Source of the DNA: Adineta vaga
Lineage: Eukaryota; Animalia; Rotifera
Length of the DNA: 64,000 nucleotides
Assembly (NCBI GenBank): GCA_021613535.1
Contig: CP075493.1
Coordinates: 11,036,001-11,100,000 of the forward strand
Direction of reading: 5' to 3'
Made by a program: the position numbers and the translations under genes. Positions 59,901 to 64,000 of this stretch are shown one piece after another. Position 1 is the stretch's first letter. Each line of letters starts with the position of its first letter. The notes beneath the pieces are model-generated. The model searched no databases and was not told the origin of the DNA. It was given only the letters and a program-made list of their open reading frames with translations.

Positions 59901-61572
59901 CGATTTAACTGGAAGAATTCTGTTAGTTTATAACTCAATTGCTGAATGTTATGCGAAAAAAAGAAATAATAAAGAAGTTTTAGATCATGTTCAGTTCATG
60001 GAACAAATACTTACGGAATATAAAGGACAAAAAGAATTGGAAATATGTCATGAATATAATGGATCAAAAGAATTGCAGATATATGTTGAATACCTAGAAG
60101 GAAAAGCATTAATAAGAAAGAACGCATATTACTTTATGATCGCTTCGATTTATAATTCAATTCAATATTATGATAAAGCAATTTTAAATTATAAGAAAAG
60201 TTTCCGATATACACTAGAGAAAAAGAATTATCATGAATATGGATTTATTTATCAATTAATCGCTCTTGCTTATTATAGAAAAAAAGATAATTTAATGTCA
60301 ATATCAAACTATAACATTGCATTGACATTTTTACATAATTCACCATCGCTTAATGATCAAAACTTAGCTGAATGTTATGCTGCAACAGCGAGAGCCTATG
60401 ACAACATACCAAATTACAAATATGCTTATATTTATTATCAACAAGCAATCAAACATTATTTATTATGCACTCCAATTGATTATTCCTCACTTTTTCGCAA
60501 TCATATTTCAGCAACACATGCACTTTATTTGTCTAGACCGTGGAATTGTAATGAGCAATTGAAATACCTTTTAACTATAATGAAATTCAGAAGACATTTT
60601 AGTAAAGAGAGCTTGAACGATGTTTATTACAATGCTGGTGTATTCGCCAATTATAGCGAACAATATAATAGCGCACTTGCTTATTTTAAGAAAGTTTTCG
60701 AATATTCGAAAAATTCAAATGATATCATTGGTATTTATCAACAGCAGAGATACAATTTAATGTTGATTGGTGAATTAGATAAAGCTTATGATGTTACAAA
60801 AAAGAGTATTGATTGTCAAGTCAGTATGAAGGATGTGAATTTTATCAGTCTTTTAGATTGTTACATTGGAGCAGGTCTTATTTGTTATCAAAATGGAAAA
60901 TATCAATCAGCTTTAATGTATTATCTATTAGCATTTTATATTCTTCAAAAACATCCAAATGATAAACAAAATGATTATTACACTCGTCTATATAGTTGTA
61001 TTGCTTGTGTTCATTTAGAATATGGTGAAATCACCAGTGCACACGATCTTTGTTCGAAAGCATCAGAAACACATTTTTTGACTGATGACAAGACACGCAT
61101 CGCAACGATTATATTTTATATGAGCAGAGGTTTAGTTGAATGTAAACTGGATAATTATTATGTTGCTTTAGATTATTTTGGACAAGCATGGGAATATTTA
61201 TATAATGAAAATCATTATTATCATCACTGGCATAGAATTTTATACAATTATATTGGTTATGCATATTTTAAAGTTGGTCAAGTAGAAATAGCGATGAAAC
61301 ATTATATAAAATCGTTGAGCATGTACAAAGATTGTCGTACACATCCATGTCGTGCAGAAGTTTATAAAAATATTGGACTAATTTATAAGCAAGATAGTAC
61401 AACTTACTATATTGCATTATCATATTATAAACGTGCTTTGAAACAAATAACAAATCATAAGCATCCACATTACATACTATATAAAAGCATGATTGCAACA
61501 TTAGAGAAGAAAATGAGTTTATGGCATAGACTGAAGGCATTTATTTATTCATTTCTGAAGTTCGGTTACTGA
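56950..61572 (+). CDS. ART-TPR protein copy 2 (paralogue of 9865-14343)
   Basis: Intronless 1540 aa; LYRGQ, FNTYLSTT, SYNPDEDEVIF; TPR array; C-terminal ~200 aa nearly identical to copy 1. Confidence 0.9.
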   Translation: MDKLKEDYWQEYERSYFSSEQRLLSEPNTLDNTITQVCSQTTKLDIFKQNINDVLILWFVNQVENQCESIDGIHIRLFSSIYDLIDYLVAVETSNIFLIIDYSLASNFLSILDEFPQILFIYILKHIEDEDTLLITDARRSIRHISDDIHTLFLLINEDIHTSTSNSLYSTLFDFRAEEETTTQIQNKSFIWDYLLIDTLFDSSISSDTAKAELVEYCRQQYINEKIQPPKAITEFEKDYSSKDAIKWYTRGSFLFSLLNLAFRKRDIDAIFKFRFFLVDFQKQLEQCCSDEIVRTQQTLYRGQLISELELTKLKKSINAYVSFNTYLSTTKNEGVALMFGSHVTSIVFEIELDFDVQLKNKRFCPVSVQNMSYNPDEDEVIFPIGAVFLLKSIEMKNNRTYIILKPLNSHEYNEMIIMIETFFPTKLPSKFRIAELLYSLGDYKKVEPYIEMLMKDFQLTSNQNNIGYVYDLMGRFQCGKSNYEVAQSYFEKALENIEATNTYHATIYYHIGNLYREKTDFNKALQSLQDALKYKQELNPLELTDVYDMFGLVYIEMGNFDDALSYLNQTLYIYQSYSLPQHNYLTTYFLLTLVHLRKSDYTKSLQYLDNAFQISLEVLPKYHPAFISLHALKGYIYFYYKDFVSAQLHLQKAFDLIETTKRTMGIYKPILHIFICNVLVELHTSYENITTRFHYAKKALEILDNYEKIIPENDSMKRIVYNHMADVYYISCDYESALKLLNEMLNLWTDNDYRTLTFFNIGNIYLNQNNMKVAEDYFNQSLELLYQMNQSVTNTTLIPWIKLHLCSIYKNGNNFEKAILLIKEALQLQRQRSTPNFDFIAHCHIHLMELCPNEKENYLNEIHQLVKNDNLSLSGKFLCHKFLGLHYQLQENWSTAFFHFQSSLDVELTFNPPCYHYLINIYADLGDTSKLIKGTDSEIALYHYERSRDIYLELLKMKTIPIKDKQKIYQAEGQIVETVQESVDLTGRILLVYNSIAECYAKKRNNKEVLDHVQFMEQILTEYKGQKELEICHEYNGSKELQIYVEYLEGKALIRKNAYYFMIASIYNSIQYYDKAILNYKKSFRYTLEKKNYHEYGFIYQLIALAYYRKKDNLMSISNYNIALTFLHNSPSLNDQNLAECYAATARAYDNIPNYKYAYIYYQQAIKHYLLCTPIDYSSLFRNHISATHALYLSRPWNCNEQLKYLLTIMKFRRHFSKESLNDVYYNAGVFANYSEQYNSALAYFKKVFEYSKNSNDIIGIYQQQRYNLMLIGELDKAYDVTKKSIDCQVSMKDVNFISLLDCYIGAGLICYQNGKYQSALMYYLLAFYILQKHPNDKQNDYYTRLYSCIACVHLEYGEITSAHDLCSKASETHFLTDDKTRIATIIFYMSRGLVECKLDNYYVALDYFGQAWEYLYNENHYYHHWHRILYNYIGYAYFKVGQVEIAMKHYIKSLSMYKDCRTHPCRAEVYKNIGLIYKQDSTTYYIALSYYKRALKQITNHKHPHYILYKSMIATLEKKMSLWHRLKAFIYSFLKFGY

Positions 61573-62023
61573 TGATGAAATAAATATAACTCACTTTTTA
61601 CTTTTCATTTTTCGAAGATTATATCTTTACATTTATCCTTTCAATTTTAAATACTTATATCTAATGAACAATCTACAGAAATTGATTCATCTTTTTGCGA
61701 GAGTCGTATAGAAATAGTACATCATGGTATGAAATCGTACTGATGGTTTGATTCTGCTTGATACGACACAATTATATTGTCGAAATACATTGAATAAAAT
61801 GCACAATCAATATATTGCTATTTTTGTGTAGACATTTATATATTTTTATTTCATTGAAAAACGTGTCTATATTGTCTTATCAACATATCAAAAGATACGT
61901 GCATAAAGTTGGTATATGATGACAGTATGAAAAAAGAGCAAAATTATATTCAAGTCACACTTACAAAAAAAATGACATCATTTGTAACGACATTTTATTT
62001 TCGTTTAGTCAAGAACAAAGAAT

Positions 62024-63454
62024 ATGATACAACATCGTTTCTATTATTGCTTTTTAATTCTTTTTGTCAGGTAATTATATTGGTTGAAATTTACTGTTTG
62101 ATCTTCAAAAAGAATTTTCGTTTTTAGTGTATCAGGTAATTAGTATTTTGACTACTATCGATTGATTTACATCTCTCATAGTTCAAACCGATCCTCAAAC
62201 ATGTCATGGATTACCTCAATATGATACATGTTCAACAAATCATACGTGTGTTTGTTTTCATTCAATTGCTTCGAATGATAGTGGTATTTGTGCTTTTCGA
62301 TGGGTAACTTGTTCTGAACTTGTTTCATGCGCATTAAATACGTATGCATGTTATGAACCTAATCATGTTTGTGTTCAACATCCTGACTGTCATAACCAAC
62401 CATTGTGTTATCCATTATCAATGGCAACGAATCAACTATGTCCATCCAATCTTTCAACAGTAACTCCAAGTAAAGATAACCTTTCTCTAAATATACACCA
62501 TATGAAATTTTTATTTTAGCTTCAACTTTATCATCAGGATCGGAAAGTGATATTTGTATAACAGCGACATGGTCTAAGCAAGGTATTACAGTTGCTGGTG
62601 GAAAAGGTTTTGGACATAGTTTGGATCAATTAGCAGATCCTTATGGCATATTTCTTGATGATAATGATACAATTTATATTGCAGATCGTTCTAATCATCG
62701 TATTGTGAAATGGGAATAAGGTGCTACAATTGGTCAATGGCTTGCTGGGGTAAAAACGGAAGATTCTACTCGTAATATACCTTTAAATATGCCACAAGAT
62801 CTTGTTGTTGATAAAAATGGAACAATGTATATAAGTGATGGTGGAAACTATCGTGTTGTTCGGTGGCATCGAGATGCGCAAGAAGGAGAAGTTATTATTA
62901 GTCATATTCAAGCTGTTGGTATAGGACATGATAATCAAGGATCGATTTATGTCTCAGAATATGCTGATGGTCGAATAACAAAGTGGAATCTGAATGATAA
63001 TGGTGATGAGTTAGTTGGACAAGTGATAATCACAAAATTACGACAATCAAATTTTATATACGTTGATCGAAATCAATCGATCTATTCAGTGGGTTATATG
63101 GCACATCGAATAGTTAAAATAACTGAAGGAATCGACGAACCTGTCATTGTTGCAGGCCAATCTGATCATTCAGGTAATGGTTTAGATCAACTCGCCTTTC
63201 CAACAGGAGTTTTTGTCGATCAACAAGGTACTATTTATGTAGCAGATACTGGCAATCACCGAATAATGCGTTGGTTAAAAGGAGCAACATCAGGTAGCTT
63301 AATTGTTGGCGGACATGGTTCTGGTTCTGGATCAGATCAACTAGCTCATCCTTCCGATTTATTTCTTGATCGATATGGAAATCTTTATGTTACTGATACG
63401 CTCAATAATCGTGTACAAAAATTTCTTATTGATAAAAGTTCTTGTTCGACTTAA
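62024..63454 (+). pseudogene. Secreted Cys-rich plus NHL-repeat protein with an 8-nt microexon and a premature TAA
   Basis: ATG 62024 signal exon; microexon 62128-62135; Cys-rich exon (CSTNHTCVCF..CVQHPDCHNQPLCYP); NHL repeats; in-frame TAA at 62717-62719 (KWE*GA). Confidence 0.72.
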
Positions 63455-63535
63455 TTATATATCTATGCTTATTTAAAATCAAATCTTTTAATTATCACGA
63501 TAAATATATATATATATCATGATCAAACAATTTCA

Positions 63536-64000
63536 TCAAATATTGTTATTCGATTTGTAATTCATACAGATTGAAATCAATCTGATCATATGATTATAAG
63601 AGTTTAATTCTAATATTTCTACGTTTAATGTTAATATTAATAACTGAAAAATCTGACTAAAACATGTACAACTTAAAATTGTTAACTGTTTTGAGGGAAG
63701 AATTCGATTGAATCTTGTGTAGTTAAATCTAATGCTTTGACACAATGAAAATAATGTTTGATGATTTATTTATACTAACGAAGATGACGATCATTAATTT
63801 TAATTGAAATGTGTTTTAAATATTCTAATGTCTCTTGAATTATATACACATAGTAAAATCCAACAAGACAATCCATGATTAATTAATATAATTCTGGAAG
63901 ACGAACAAATAAATCAGATAATGAAACGAGTAATAAAATGTGTGTGTTGATTAGTTAGGATTTAATTCAGTCAAATGAATTGGCCTTCGTTATTGAACAT
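63536..64000 (-). CDS. 3' fragment of a probable LRR (F-box/LRR-type) gene, possibly disrupted; extends beyond the window
   Basis: LPSKQLTIL..FSQIFQLLILTLNVEILEL resembles bdelloid F-box/LRR C-termini. Confidence 0.35.

Noticed and set aside
1-64000. Prokaryotic origin or operon interpretation suggested by long intronless ORFs and bacterial-like enzymes
   Set aside because: Many frame-restoring GT-AG introns and metazoan domain architectures (7TM receptors, B-box/NHL, F-box) are interleaved with these genes.

Overview
AT-rich eukaryotic genomic DNA with short (about 46-92 nt) GT-AG introns. The gene-family content (receiver-like/ADP-ribosyltransferase/TPR proteins, LDLa-EGF-7TM giant GPCRs, orphan rhodopsin-like GPCRs, B-box/NHL proteins, F-box/LRR proteins, a GYG-pore iGluR, foreign-looking enzymes) is typical of bdelloid rotifers; this taxonomic call is an inference. 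The window is a gene-dense accessory region of about 28 genes or pseudogenes, mostly receptors, putative defence genes and horizontal-transfer candidates. The most notable structure is a two-gene module, an intronless ~1500-aa ART-TPR gene divergently paired with a leaderless papain-like C1A protease. It occurs twice in inverted orientation (9.9-17.7 kb and 55.4-61.6 kb), with patches of near-identity that suggest gene conversion; a third, QxE-type ART-TPR lies next to copy 1. Other highlights are an intronless family-A-polymerase-like palm protein, a defensin-like peptide, a CBM52-like Cys-repeat protein, a decaying bacterial-type alpha/beta hydrolase, an 8-nt microexon and dispersed telomere-like G-rich motifs. 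I recognised no rRNA, tRNA, CRISPR array or intact transposon. All homology calls come from motif recognition, not database searches.
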